From the NCBI GenBank assembly GCA_016214345.1, contig JACROR010000009.1, forward strand, positions 241 to 64,240: a stretch of 64,000 nt of DNA, read 5' to 3'. Origin of the DNA: Candidatus Niyogibacteria bacterium. GTDB taxonomy: Bacteria; Patescibacteriota; Minisyncoccia; JACROR01. Position numbers and translations under genes: made by a program. Below are positions 9,067 to 18,238 of the stretch, piece by piece. Below the pieces are notes generated by a model that was not told the origin of the DNA, ran no database searches, and worked only from the letters and a program-made list of their open reading frames with translations. The number at the start of each line of letters is the position of its first letter. Position 1 is the first letter of the stretch.

Positions 9067-9301
9067 AAACGAGAGCAGCGAGTTTTGGACAGGGAGCAGG
9101 CAAACTGCTTTGCCTGCGTCGGGATTTGAAGGGTTGAGCTATACGCATTTATGCGCGGCGAAACCCCGGCCCAAAGGGAAATCCCGCCCTGGGCAAAACG
9201 AGAGCAGCGAGTTTTGGACAGGGAGCAGGCAAACTGCTTTGCCTGCGTCGGGATTTGAAGGTCGGAGTCCGCCCAAGGCGGGCAGGCCGCCCTAGACACC
9301 A
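9050..9301 (+). repeat. Tandem tRNA-3'-end duplication with structured trailer element (83-nt direct repeat x2, period 129), ending in a degenerate third 3' end plus CCA
   Basis: 9050-9132 is identical to 9179-9261; CCGCCCTAGACACCA at 9287-9301. Confidence 0.9.
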
Positions 9302-9318
9302 ATTATATTTCAAATAAA

Positions 9319-9567
9319 ATGGACGATCTAATCCAAAACCAAAACCTAACCGAAAAAGAAAGAGATCTGTTATTTGACTTTCTTTTGCATCTTCCGTATG
9401 ACATAAGACAGAGCGTAAAAGGCATTATTTCCGCCCATCCCAAACATTTGCGAGACTTCCTCCCGATCCTTAACAAAAAGAAAGAGTTTATGGGTCATCC
9501 AACGCCCACATTAGCCGAAGAAATTCTTCGCCTGGAAAAAAATGTTATAGGCAAACTACTGCCATGA
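9319..9567 (+). CDS. Hypothetical protein
   Basis: 82-aa ORF; its stop overlaps the next start (ATGA). Confidence 0.65.
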   Translation: MDDLIQNQNLTEKERDLLFDFLLHLPYDIRQSVKGIISAHPKHLRDFLPILNKKKEFMGHPTPTLAEEILRLEKNVIGKLLP

Positions 9568-11504
9568 CCAATATATTTGAAAAACCTAAATCAGCGGAAG
9601 TGGAAAGGAGCTCGGAACAAATGGAAACTATCCGGAAATTTGAAGAACAAGAAAACACATTAATAGAGGGCGCGTTAAACCGCGCCAAAGAAAGCGGCCA
9701 CAAGAAAACCAGCTTCAAATCTCTGGCCGCGTTTCTGGCGCTGTTCACCGCGTCTACCATGTCCGAACGCGCGTTCGCCGAGTCCGCGCCCGCGGAAAAA
9801 CTTATTCCTGAAACGCAAGTGGAAGAGGTTTACGAGTCAAAGAAAGATGCCGCCTCATCATCTTGGGATAAGCTGGCAAGCCAGATCAATATTATTTTTT
9901 CCCAAAAGCAAGAAACCATTAAAACGCCCATGCTGGGCAAAGACAATTTTTACCAACAGCTTTCTTTCAAAGACTGGCACGAAACTGTAACGCAATTGGA
10001 TAAAATTATACGGCAATCCGCCAATGCCCGAGAGTTTTTCCAAAAACTTTCTTCCGCGAAAAATTTAAGCGACACGCAAAAAATTCTCGCCCTGTCAAAC
10101 ATGGGAGGCTGGCTTTCACGAACATACAATTTTGATATGAATGCCCGAGATGAATACGTCGTCATTTCAGATGAAAAAATGTTTGAAAACATGAAGCTCT
10201 ATTATGAAACCGGAAAAATAGAACCAACGGGCATTTGCGGCAACATCCATGTTTTTATGGTAAAAGCCGCAGAGCAGATGGGAATGGACGCGTGGCTGCA
10301 AAGCGGAATTATAGGAAAAGACAGGGCGGAAACTCACATATGGATGGGAACGACGGCAGAAGACGCTTCCGGCAATAAACAAATCGTATTTTTGGATTAT
10401 GGCAATCTGATACCGACAGGAACGCGAAATTACAGCGACGCGTTGGGCATCACCGAAAGATTCCATGGCCGCCTCAATACATTAAATTCTTTCGTGGGCA
10501 CGCCTGACAAAACGCTGTTCCCCGTAGAAAGCCGCGCAGAAAAAGTTGTCAAAGAAGCGTCGGGTTTCAAGGGAGCGGAAAAAGGGCTATCCAAACAACT
10601 GGAAACGGGCACGACAATCCGTCCGGAAGAATTAAATATTGAGGTTGGCAAGGAAACCAAAAAAATAGAACTTTCTAAAGACCATCTGGCGCTGGCTTAT
10701 ATTGATTACCAAGACGCGGGCAATCCCTATCAATCACTGAAAGAAATGCAAGCGTTGCGCGGCTCATGGCGTTTAGGAAATAAAAGGCTCGGATTAGACT
10801 GGGACACCACAATACTCAATTTAAACATAAAAGATCTGGGTAGTGGCGTTTTGGCGCAAAATGAAATCATCAACCGCCTTAACGCGGACTTCATCAACTC
10901 ACACGAATTAAGCAAGTCAGGATACGGAAAGTTTGTGTTAAATTACGGATTAACCCTGGAAACCGGCTTACGCTTTATAGGACTGGAATTGAGTAAAGAC
11001 GCCTTAAAAGCGGCAAGCGCGGAAGGGTCTGCGGGCGTACGCCTTATTTATGTAGATCCAAAAGAAACTCTCAAGTTTTTCATAGAAACTACTGAAAGCG
11101 GAAGAATGCAAATCTCCGACCCACAAGAACAGCGCAAGACATTAAAAGAAGTCGGCAATAAATTGAAAATCGGCCAAGCATTGGAAGTGCGTCCCGGCAC
11201 GATTATAAATTTTGAATCCGCCCTACATAATCTGGAATACGGAAAAAAGGAAGAGGCTGAAATCGGATGGAAAAGCGACCGCATTACGGCAAAATTAGGA
11301 TCAGAAGTGGTGGAATCAGAATATAAAAAATTTATACCGTCAAGCGAAAAAATCAGCGCGGAAATCGGGTATAAAATTGGCGCGGAAAATCAGCCAAAAG
11401 GAGAAGTGGTTATTTTCGGCTCGCAGCTCAAAGAACATTATGAGGGACAAGACGAACCGGACAAATACGAAATAGGCGTAAAAATGAGAATCTTTTTGTG
11501 GTAA
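9564..11504 (+). CDS. Large exported protein with transglutaminase-like Cys/His/Asp motifs and a beta-rich C-terminus
   Basis: Internal hydrophobic signal-like segment, GICGNIH / ETHIW / FLDYG, alternating amphipathic strands, terminal Trp. Confidence 0.75.
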   Translation: MTNIFEKPKSAEVERSSEQMETIRKFEEQENTLIEGALNRAKESGHKKTSFKSLAAFLALFTASTMSERAFAESAPAEKLIPETQVEEVYESKKDAASSSWDKLASQINIIFSQKQETIKTPMLGKDNFYQQLSFKDWHETVTQLDKIIRQSANAREFFQKLSSAKNLSDTQKILALSNMGGWLSRTYNFDMNARDEYVVISDEKMFENMKLYYETGKIEPTGICGNIHVFMVKAAEQMGMDAWLQSGIIGKDRAETHIWMGTTAEDASGNKQIVFLDYGNLIPTGTRNYSDALGITERFHGRLNTLNSFVGTPDKTLFPVESRAEKVVKEASGFKGAEKGLSKQLETGTTIRPEELNIEVGKETKKIELSKDHLALAYIDYQDAGNPYQSLKEMQALRGSWRLGNKRLGLDWDTTILNLNIKDLGSGVLAQNEIINRLNADFINSHELSKSGYGKFVLNYGLTLETGLRFIGLELSKDALKAASAEGSAGVRLIYVDPKETLKFFIETTESGRMQISDPQEQRKTLKEVGNKLKIGQALEVRPGTIINFESALHNLEYGKKEEAEIGWKSDRITAKLGSEVVESEYKKFIPSSEKISAEIGYKIGAENQPKGEVVIFGSQLKEHYEGQDEPDKYEIGVKMRIFLW

Positions 11505-11522
11505 GCGTTGTAGCTTAACCGC

Positions 11523-11556
11523 AAAATCCCGTCAGCCTTGGGCTGACGGGATTTTT
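11523..11556 (+). terminator. Rho-independent terminator
   Basis: AAAATCCCGTCAGCC-TTG-GGCTGACGGGATTTT followed by T. Confidence 0.85.
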
Positions 11557-11596
11557 ATTGATTTTATAGTATAATCATTATATATTCGTTTTACAT

Positions 11597-11672
11597 GGTG
11601 GCTATGGTGTAACGGTCAACACTAGAGTTTGTGGAACTCTCGACACGGGTTCGACTCCCGTTAGCCACCCCA
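11597..11672 (+). tRNA. tRNA-His(GTG)
   Basis: G-1 plus GTGGCTA/TAGCCAC, C73, encoded CCA, loop TTGTGGA. Confidence 0.95.
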
Positions 11673-11673
11673 A

Positions 11674-11880
11674 TTAAGCGTAGCGTAATAATAAAGCTAA
11701 CGAGATTCGAGCAGAGCGCTCTTTAAGACGAAGCCCTGTTCCGTATCCGGTCTTTATGACTGAGCGAACGATATAAACTTTCCCCCGTTTAGGAAGATGA
11801 ATTTCATCTGCCGTAAACGGATCGGTAGACCGTGAAGCAAATGCACCATTAACGCAAAGAACTTTATCGCCCTTTTTCAT
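11674..11880 (-). CDS. Small hypothetical protein, possibly a truncated phage-like remnant
   Basis: SD-like GAAAGGAAGG; MKKGDKVLCV...LPKRGKVYIVRSV; the C-terminus runs into tRNA-His trailer repeats. Confidence 0.5.
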   Translation of the reverse strand: MKKGDKVLCVNGAFASRSTDPFTADEIHLPKRGKVYIVRSVIKTGYGTGLRLKERSARISLALLLRYA

Positions 11881-11977
11881 ACGCCTTCCTTTCTGTTAAT
11901 TAAATTATCGCTGCCCACTCTGCAAGTCAATAAAATTTTCCTTTGCGAAGCCCTCGCATTTCATATAAAATATATGC

Positions 11978-12442
11978 ATGGAGTCATTGAACATCATCAA
12001 TAAAATCTTAGAACCAACACACGCCGTTTCTCTGGCAAATTTCTTTATTATTTTATCCATGGCGGCGATCGGTATCGGAGAAACCATCTACCTCATAAAA
12101 AAACGTCTCGCCGTGGAGCCGCCGATCTGCGTTATCGGATACGAGTGCCGCAAAGTTTTGGAATCGGAATACAGCAGTATCCTTGGCGTGCACAACGACA
12201 CGCTGGGACTTAGTTTTTATATTATGGTAGCGGCTCTTGATATATTGCTGGCTTTGGGCATAAACCCCAAAAATATAATTGACCTCTTGCTGGAAATAAT
12301 TATCGTCAGCGGAACCATTACTTCAGCCGCGCTGCTCTATCTTCAATGGCGCGTAATCCGTGCGTGGTGCTTTTGGTGCGTAGTGTCCGCGGCCACGGTT
12401 TTTGTCATGCTCGCCGTAATTATTTTCGGAAATCTTATTTGA
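11978..12442 (+). CDS. Vitamin K epoxide reductase (VKOR) family protein
   Basis: C-x5-C-x2-VLESEYS and WCFWC motifs, TM helices. Confidence 0.9.
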   Translation: MESLNIINKILEPTHAVSLANFFIILSMAAIGIGETIYLIKKRLAVEPPICVIGYECRKVLESEYSSILGVHNDTLGLSFYIMVAALDILLALGINPKNIIDLLLEIIIVSGTITSAALLYLQWRVIRAWCFWCVVSAATVFVMLAVIIFGNLI

Positions 12443-12509
12443 AATAAATAAAAAATTGTGACCATGCGTTGCCTGGCTTGATAAAATAAAAATTGTATAG
12501 TATTAAATA

Positions 12510-12743
12510 ATGAGCATGGAAGAACATAAGACGCACATAACTACGCGCGCGGGAGAAACGGCTAGCGGCATTCCTGAACCGGAAAATATTGACGAGCTTC
12601 TGGAAACAAAGCAAATGCGCGATGCCGCGATAGCGCACGCGCTCGCCCAAGGATTGCCTTGGGCCGAGGTCCAAAAAATCAACGAAATGTCCAAGGAAGA
12701 GTTGGAAGAGAAAAAACAACGCACCGGAAAATATGCCAAATAA
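12510..12743 (+). CDS. Hypothetical acidic protein
   Basis: 77-aa ORF overlapping the start of the DUF167 gene. Confidence 0.55.
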   Translation: MSMEEHKTHITTRAGETASGIPEPENIDELLETKQMRDAAIAHALAQGLPWAEVQKINEMSKEELEEKKQRTGKYAK

Positions 12744-12969
12744 AGATTCTCTCTACGCGATTTTAGCCAAACCGAACGCCAAAAAAAATAAAATTGAATC
12801 CACCGGTGAAAAAGCCCTGAAAATATGGGTTACGGCCTCACCGCACGAAAACGCGGCTAACGAAAAAATCATAAAAATGCTGGCGCAATATTTCCACACC
12901 GCGCCCTCCAATATAGAAATAGTGCGTGGACATAACGGCAAAAATAAAATCATTACCGTAACGCGATAA
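12733..12969 (+). CDS. DUF167/YggU family protein
   Basis: KPNAKK..I, VTASPHENAANE..I..LA..F, IVRG....K. Confidence 0.85.
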   Translation: MPNKDSLYAILAKPNAKKNKIESTGEKALKIWVTASPHENAANEKIIKMLAQYFHTAPSNIEIVRGHNGKNKIITVTR

Positions 12970-12980
12970 ATACTAAATAC

Positions 12981-13014
12981 AAAAAACAGTCCGACACAAA
13001 ATCGGGCTGTTTTT
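12981..13014. terminator. Bidirectional terminator
   Basis: AAAAAACAGTCCGA...TCGGGCTGTTTTT between convergent genes. Confidence 0.7.
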
Positions 13015-13019
13015 ATTTA

Positions 13020-13091
13020 TGCGCGGTATAGGATTCGAACCTATGACCCTTCGCACGTCAAGCGAATGCTCTACCGCTGAGCTAACCGCGC
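13020..13091 (-). tRNA. tRNA-Val(GAC)
   Basis: GCGCGGTTAGCTCAGCGGTAGAGC, loop TTGACGT, GGTTCGAATCC. Confidence 0.95.
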
Positions 13092-13128
13092 ATTAAAAAT
13101 ATCAATACAACGGAATTATGGCATCTAG

Positions 13129-13200
13129 TAGTCCCACGGGGAATCGAACCCCGATTTACGCCGTGAAAGGGCGCCGTCCTAGCCGTTAGACGATGGGACC
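13129..13200 (-). tRNA. tRNA-Glu(TTC)
   Basis: GGTCCCATCGTCTAACGGCTAGGAC, loop CTTTCAC, GGTTCGATTCC. Confidence 0.95.
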
Positions 13201-13245
13201 AAGCTTTCTGTATATTATCCAAAATTTGTTGTAAAATCAACAAAT

Positions 13246-14412
13246 ATGAGAATCCTCGCCATTGAAACCTCTTGTGATGAAACCGCCGCCGCCGTTCTGG
13301 AATGCCAGGGCGGACCAACAAATACGCAATATAAAATATTATCCAATATAGTTTCTTCACAAATAAAAATTCACGCCCAATGGGGTGGCGTGGTGCCCAA
13401 TCTCGCAAGACGCGAACATGAAAAAAATCTCGTGCCAATTTTGCTTCGCGCCCTGAAAAAAGCGAAAATATCTATAAATGAAAAGCGAAAAGTGAAAAGC
13501 GAAAAAACACGACTTAAAATCCAAAAGATTTTGGAACGAGAACAAGAACTACAAAAATATTTTTTAAAAAAAGTTCTGCCGATTGCCACGCCGGACATTA
13601 ATGCCATTGCCGTGACCTTTGGCCCCGGATTAGAACCCGCGCTTTGGACCGGAATCAATTTCGCAAAAACACTCTCCGCTGTTTGGGACAAGCCGCTAAT
13701 TCCCGTAAATCACCTGGAGGGACATATCGTATCTTCCATTATGCGCGGGAGGGAATTTGATACGACAGAAATCTCTTTCCCCGCGCTCGCGCTTCTAGTG
13801 AGCGGCGGGCACACGGAACTGGTGCTTATGAAAAAATGGCTGGATTACAAAACTATCGGAAAAACCAGAGATGACGCTGTTGGTGAAGCGTTTGATAAAG
13901 TGGCAAAACTTTTAAATCTCGGATATCCGGGAGGACCCATTATATCCAAACGCGCCTCTCTGGGAAATCCCAAAAACATTCTCTTGCCGCGCCCCATGAT
14001 AAACAGCGCCGATCTGGACTTCAGTTTTTCCGGACTTAAAACCGCCGTACTATACGCCGTCAGAAAAGAAAAATCCATATCCGCTCAAAAAATAAGCGAC
14101 TATGCCGCAAGCTTCCAGAAAGCCGCCACAGATGTATTGGTGTCCAAAACTCTCCGCGCCATTAAAAAATACCATCCCAGAACCGTACTGTTGGGCGGCG
14201 GAGTTTCCGCCAATCAAGAACTGCGGACTAAAATGCGTGAGCAATTAAAGCGCGCGTTTCCCAAAATAAAATTATTGCTACCGGAACAAAAATTCACGGG
14301 CGACAACGCCGCCATGATCGCCGCGGCCGGATATTTGCGTTACGCGAACCGCAAAATTAGAAAAAATCCGCTCTCCTTGAAAGCGGAAGGTTCGCTTAAA
14401 TTTATGATATAA
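13246..14412 (+). CDS. tsaD: tRNA N6-adenosine threonylcarbamoyltransferase TsaD
   Basis: ILAIETSCDET, GGVVP, GPGL, HLEGH, SGGHT, GEAFDK, FSFSGLKT, DNAAMIA; Lys-rich insert. Confidence 0.96.
   Translation: MRILAIETSCDETAAAVLECQGGPTNTQYKILSNIVSSQIKIHAQWGGVVPNLARREHEKNLVPILLRALKKAKISINEKRKVKSEKTRLKIQKILEREQELQKYFLKKVLPIATPDINAIAVTFGPGLEPALWTGINFAKTLSAVWDKPLIPVNHLEGHIVSSIMRGREFDTTEISFPALALLVSGGHTELVLMKKWLDYKTIGKTRDDAVGEAFDKVAKLLNLGYPGGPIISKRASLGNPKNILLPRPMINSADLDFSFSGLKTAVLYAVRKEKSISAQKISDYAASFQKAATDVLVSKTLRAIKKYHPRTVLLGGGVSANQELRTKMREQLKRAFPKIKLLLPEQKFTGDNAAMIAAAGYLRYANRKIRKNPLSLKAEGSLKFMI
13479..13506 (+). repeat. Heptamer repeat (YGAAAAG)x4 within the tsaD insert
   Basis: TGAAAAG CGAAAAG TGAAAAG CGAAAAA. 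Confidence 0.75.
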
Positions 14413-14423
14413 TTCAAATTATC

Positions 14424-16604
14424 ATGACTGCTGATTTTTCCAAACCGTATGACCCTAAAGAAGTTGAAGGGCACACCTATGAAGCGTGGCTTAAAGCCGG
14501 CTATTTTAATCCCGACCAACTGACAACCAAAGGAAAACCATACACCTTAGTTATTCCGCCACCCAATGTTACGGGCTCTTTACACATGGGGCACGCGTTG
14601 AACGCGACCATCCAAGACATCCTGATAAGAAAAAAACGGATGGAGGGAAGGCGCGCCCTCTGGATACCGGGAACGGATCACGCGGGCATAGCCACGCAAA
14701 ATGTCGTGGAAAAAAGTCTACGTAAAGAAGGAATTTTTCGCCACGAACTGGGGCGTGAAAAATTTTTGGAAAAAGTGTGGGAATGGAAAGAAAAATACGG
14801 AAATATCATCTTGGATCAATTAAAAAAACTTGGCGCCTCATGCGATTGGTCCAGAACACGCTTCACCATGGACCCAAAGTACCAAAAAATTGTCGCGGAA
14901 ACCTTCGCGCACTATTACAAAAAGGGCTGGATCTACCGCAAAGAGCGCGTCATAAGTTGGTGCCATCGCTGCCGCACCAGCTTATCCGATTTGGAGCTGG
15001 AATATCAGGAAACCAAAGGCAGTCTCTGGTTCATAAAATATCCTCTCGCGGAAACCGCGGGATATGTGGTAGTGGCAACCACCAGACCGGAAACCATGTT
15101 GGGCGATAGCGCGGTGGCGGTACATCCCAAAGATCCGCGATATGCCAACCTGGTGGGCCAATTTGTAATGCTGCCCTTGCAAGACAGGAAAATCCCCATC
15201 ATCGCCGATCGCAGAATTGAAAAAGAATTCGGCACCGGAGCGGTAAAAGTCACACCGGCCCATGACATGCTGGATGCCGAGATCGGAAACGACCACCATC
15301 TCGCGATTTACAAAATAATAGGTTCTGACGGAAAAATGACCCCAGAGGCCGGCTCCTTGTTCGCGGGACTCAAAATTGAAGAATGCCGCAAAAAAGTCGT
15401 AGAAGAACTGGAAAAACAAAATTTAATAGAAAAAATAGAAGAATACCGGCACAACATTTCCACTTGTTACCGTTGCCGCACGCCCATTGAACCTCTGCCT
15501 TCTTTGCAATGGTTCCTCAAGATGGACGATTTGGCGCGCCGCGCGTCAATCGCAGTAAACAAACAAAAAGTCATCTTTCATCCCGACCGCTGGAAAAAAA
15601 TTTATCTATCCTGGCTCAAAAATGTTAAGGACTGGACCATTTCACGCCAAATCTGGTGGGGACACCGGCTTCCTGTTTATTTTTGTGAAAATAAACAGGA
15701 AGAAAATTTCATAGTGGCGACCACGCCCCCTAAAAAATGTCCTTTTTGCCAAAATTGCGAAATGCGGCAATCCGAAGAAGTATTGGACACCTGGTTTTCT
15801 TCGGCGCTATGGCCTTTTGCCACGCTTCAATACGACCAGCGCGATTTCAAAAAATTCTATCCCACGCAGACCCTAAGCACCGCGCGCGACATAATAAATC
15901 TATGGGTGGCGCGCATGGTTTTTTCTTCGCTGGAATTTACCAAAAAAATTCCCTTCCAAAACGTTATAATACACGCCACCATCCTTACCAAGGACGGGCA
16001 ACGAATGTCCAAATCCCTGGGAACGGGCATTGACCCGATAAATTTGATAAATTTGTACGGAGCGGATGCCACGCGATTCGGACTCATCTGGCAAGCTATG
16101 AAAAATCAAGACATGCATTGGGCTGAGGAAAGTCTCGTAGCCGGAAAAAAATTCTTAAATAAAATCTGGAACGCGAGCCGTTTCGTATTGGAACGTGTCA
16201 CGGATGCTAAATTCAAAATTGCGACTAATCCTAAATTTTCCGCAAGAATTACCAAGCAAGACTCCAAAATATTAAAAAAACTTGAAGTGATTGTTAAAAA
16301 TACCGACCAAAATATTGAAAAATATAACTTCGGCCCAGCGTTGCACGATCTTTATAGTTTTTTCTGGCACGATTTTTGCGATATCTATCTGGAAGTGGCC
16401 AAAAAACAACTGGAAGATCCCAAACTAAAATTGCAAACGCAAAAAATACTTCTGCATGTCCTCGCAACATCGCTTAAACTTCTACATCCTTTTATTCCTT
16501 TCGTGACAGAAGAAATTTGGTCGGCGCTGATCCCCGCACAGGCAGGCAAATCCACTACTCAAAAACGCATGTTAATCATTGAATCATGGCCCAAGAAGCG
16601 CTAG
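14424..16604 (+). CDS. valS: Valine--tRNA ligase (short form, no C-terminal coiled-coil)
   Basis: PPPNVTGSLHMGHA, DHAGIATQ, TTRPET, SRQIWWGH, DTWFSS, RMSKS. Confidence 0.97.
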   Translation: MTADFSKPYDPKEVEGHTYEAWLKAGYFNPDQLTTKGKPYTLVIPPPNVTGSLHMGHALNATIQDILIRKKRMEGRRALWIPGTDHAGIATQNVVEKSLRKEGIFRHELGREKFLEKVWEWKEKYGNIILDQLKKLGASCDWSRTRFTMDPKYQKIVAETFAHYYKKGWIYRKERVISWCHRCRTSLSDLELEYQETKGSLWFIKYPLAETAGYVVVATTRPETMLGDSAVAVHPKDPRYANLVGQFVMLPLQDRKIPIIADRRIEKEFGTGAVKVTPAHDMLDAEIGNDHHLAIYKIIGSDGKMTPEAGSLFAGLKIEECRKKVVEELEKQNLIEKIEEYRHNISTCYRCRTPIEPLPSLQWFLKMDDLARRASIAVNKQKVIFHPDRWKKIYLSWLKNVKDWTISRQIWWGHRLPVYFCENKQEENFIVATTPPKKCPFCQNCEMRQSEEVLDTWFSSALWPFATLQYDQRDFKKFYPTQTLSTARDIINLWVARMVFSSLEFTKKIPFQNVIIHATILTKDGQRMSKSLGTGIDPINLINLYGADATRFGLIWQAMKNQDMHWAEESLVAGKKFLNKIWNASRFVLERVTDAKFKIATNPKFSARITKQDSKILKKLEVIVKNTDQNIEKYNFGPALHDLYSFFWHDFCDIYLEVAKKQLEDPKLKLQTQKILLHVLATSLKLLHPFIPFVTEEIWSALIPAQAGKSTTQKRMLIIESWPKKR

Positions 16605-17302
16605 CCATTGCCGGAGTTTCCGTCCAAGCGGCATTCATAGGATTTCTGCCGGCCATATTTTGGCTTTGGTTTTGGCTCAAAGAAGATCCGCATCCCGAGC
16701 CGCGAAAAGCATTACTGCTCGCTTTCGCAGGAGGAATGTTAATAGTTCCCGTGGCGCTATTTTTGGAAGAAGCCGCGTATAAAATAATGATAGAACTCGG
16801 CCTAGTGGCCGCCGGCGCCGTCAGTTCCTCAATATTTATAATCTGGGCGGCGATTGAAGAATACATGAAATACTTTGCCGCCAAGATGACGGTGCTCCGT
16901 CTCCCCGCCTTTGACGAACCCATAGACGCTCCGATATATTTGATAACCGCGGCAGTGGGATTCGCGTCCCTAGAAAATATTTTTTTCCTCTTCAAAACCA
17001 TTACGACCACTCCGGAACTAAGCTTAATTACCGGAGAAATGCGTTTTTTGGGCGCCACGCTCCTTCATATAGTAACCTCGGCCATAGTGGGCATGGCAAT
17101 CGCCCTTTCCTTTTTTCATCCGGAAAAACGCTCCCGAAATGTTTTGGGCGGCTTAATCGTCGCCGCTTTATTGCATGCGTGGTTTAACTTATTTATAATA
17201 AAGTCAGGCAGTGCAGGAGTCTTGCCGGTCTTCGCTTTAGTATGGCTGGGAGGCATAACGTTAATTCTCAGTTTAGAAAAAATTAAAAAAATAACTTCAT
17301 AA
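16586..17302 (+). CDS. prsW: PrsW-family intramembrane metalloprotease
   Basis: D.HPEP, AAIEEYMK, GFASLEN, LH...S, LLHAWFN. Confidence 0.9.
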   Translation: MAQEALAIAGVSVQAAFIGFLPAIFWLWFWLKEDPHPEPRKALLLAFAGGMLIVPVALFLEEAAYKIMIELGLVAAGAVSSSIFIIWAAIEEYMKYFAAKMTVLRLPAFDEPIDAPIYLITAAVGFASLENIFFLFKTITTTPELSLITGEMRFLGATLLHIVTSAIVGMAIALSFFHPEKRSRNVLGGLIVAALLHAWFNLFIIKSGSAGVLPVFALVWLGGITLILSLEKIKKITS

Positions 17303-17304
17303 CC

Positions 17305-17760
17305 ATGACAAAAGACAAGAGATCGTTTTTTGAACGGCTAACGGGAAGCGTATCCGCGGACGAAGGAGAAATCAGCGCCCAGATTCATGATGGGAAAACC
17401 AAAAAAGAAGACTGGCTGGAAGGAACGGACGAAGGACAGCTAACAGTTGATGTCTTCCAAACGCCGGAGGAAATCATCATCCAATCCACCATTGCCGGAG
17501 TAAAACCGGAAGATTTGGACATCTCCATAACCCAAGATATGGTTACCATCAAAGGCACGCGCCGAAAAGATTTTGAAACCAAAGAAGACAATTATTATTA
17601 CCACGAACTCTATTGGGGAAAATTCGCCAGATCCATTCTCATTTCCGAAGAGATAGACGCGGACGAGGCCGAAGCGACCATCAAAAACGGCCTGCTTACC
17701 ATACGCCTGCCTAAAATTGACAAAGACAGAACGCATAAAATAAAAATAAAAAACTCTTAA
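17305..17760 (+). CDS. Hsp20/alpha-crystallin small heat-shock protein
   Basis: VDVFQT, AGVKPEDLDI, ELYWGKFARSI, A..KNGLLTIRLPK. Confidence 0.93.
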   Translation: MTKDKRSFFERLTGSVSADEGEISAQIHDGKTKKEDWLEGTDEGQLTVDVFQTPEEIIIQSTIAGVKPEDLDISITQDMVTIKGTRRKDFETKEDNYYYHELYWGKFARSILISEEIDADEAEATIKNGLLTIRLPKIDKDRTHKIKIKNS

Positions 17761-18033
17761 GTGGACGAGGAACTCAAAAAATTATTACAAAGAAACCTGG
17801 AAGTTTCGGAAGAAAGCCTGAAAATATTGAAAAAAATTAGCCGCGCCAGAATCATGGCCGCGGTTTACAATACTTTAAAATTGGCTATCATAATACTGCT
17901 CTCCGTTGGAGCGTATTATTACGTAGAACCCATGATCAATAACCTAATGGGCACCTTAAACCAATTGACCGGAGGCGCGCAATCCGCGCAACAGATCCAA
18001 GATTTGCTAAAACAATATAAATTGCCGAGGTAG
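17761..18033 (+). CDS. Hypothetical single-TM protein
   Basis: GTG start immediately after hsp20; stop TAG lies in the duplicated tRNA-Phe 5' segment. Confidence 0.75.
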   Translation: MDEELKKLLQRNLEVSEESLKILKKISRARIMAAVYNTLKLAIIILLSVGAYYYVEPMINNLMGTLNQLTGGAQSAQQIQDLLKQYKLPR

Positions 18034-18167
18034 CCCCTCACCCAGAATGGCATTATGCCGCGTGTTTTAACTGGATATTGCTTAACACAATTAAGTGCAC
18101 TAATATTTTAATAGTATTTATTTCTAGAGTGGCGACATAAAAACACAATGCCATTCTGGGTGAGGGG
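18034..18167. mobile_element. 134-bp MITE with perfect 21-bp TIRs and a 9-bp TSD at the tRNA-Phe 5' end
   Basis: CCCCTCACCCAGAATGGCATT (18034-18054) and its reverse complement (18147-18167); CCGAGGTAG at 18025-18033 and 18168-18176. Confidence 0.88.
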
Positions 18168-18238
18168 CCGAGGTAGCTCAGTGGTAGAGCACAGGTTTGA
18201 AAAACCTGGTGTCGGGAGTTCGATCCTCCCCCTCGGCA
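18167..18238 (+). tRNA. tRNA-Phe(GAA)
   Basis: GCCGAGGTAGCTCAGTGGTAGAGC, loop TTGAAAA, AGTTCGATCCT, CCTCGGCA. Confidence 0.95.

Noticed and set aside
9050-9301. CRISPR array
   Set aside because: Only two 83-nt repeats, derived from the tRNA 3' end and trailer; no cas genes in the window
8924-9302. ORFs overlapping tRNA-Leu and its repeats (likewise 13082-13438, 18053-18299, 42704-43037, 44582-44948)
   Set aside because: They are translations of tRNA and palindromic repeat sequence with no protein motifs
14777-16118. Alternative-frame and antisense ORFs within valS and other long genes
   Set aside because: They are shadow ORFs of well-supported genes with no independent motifs
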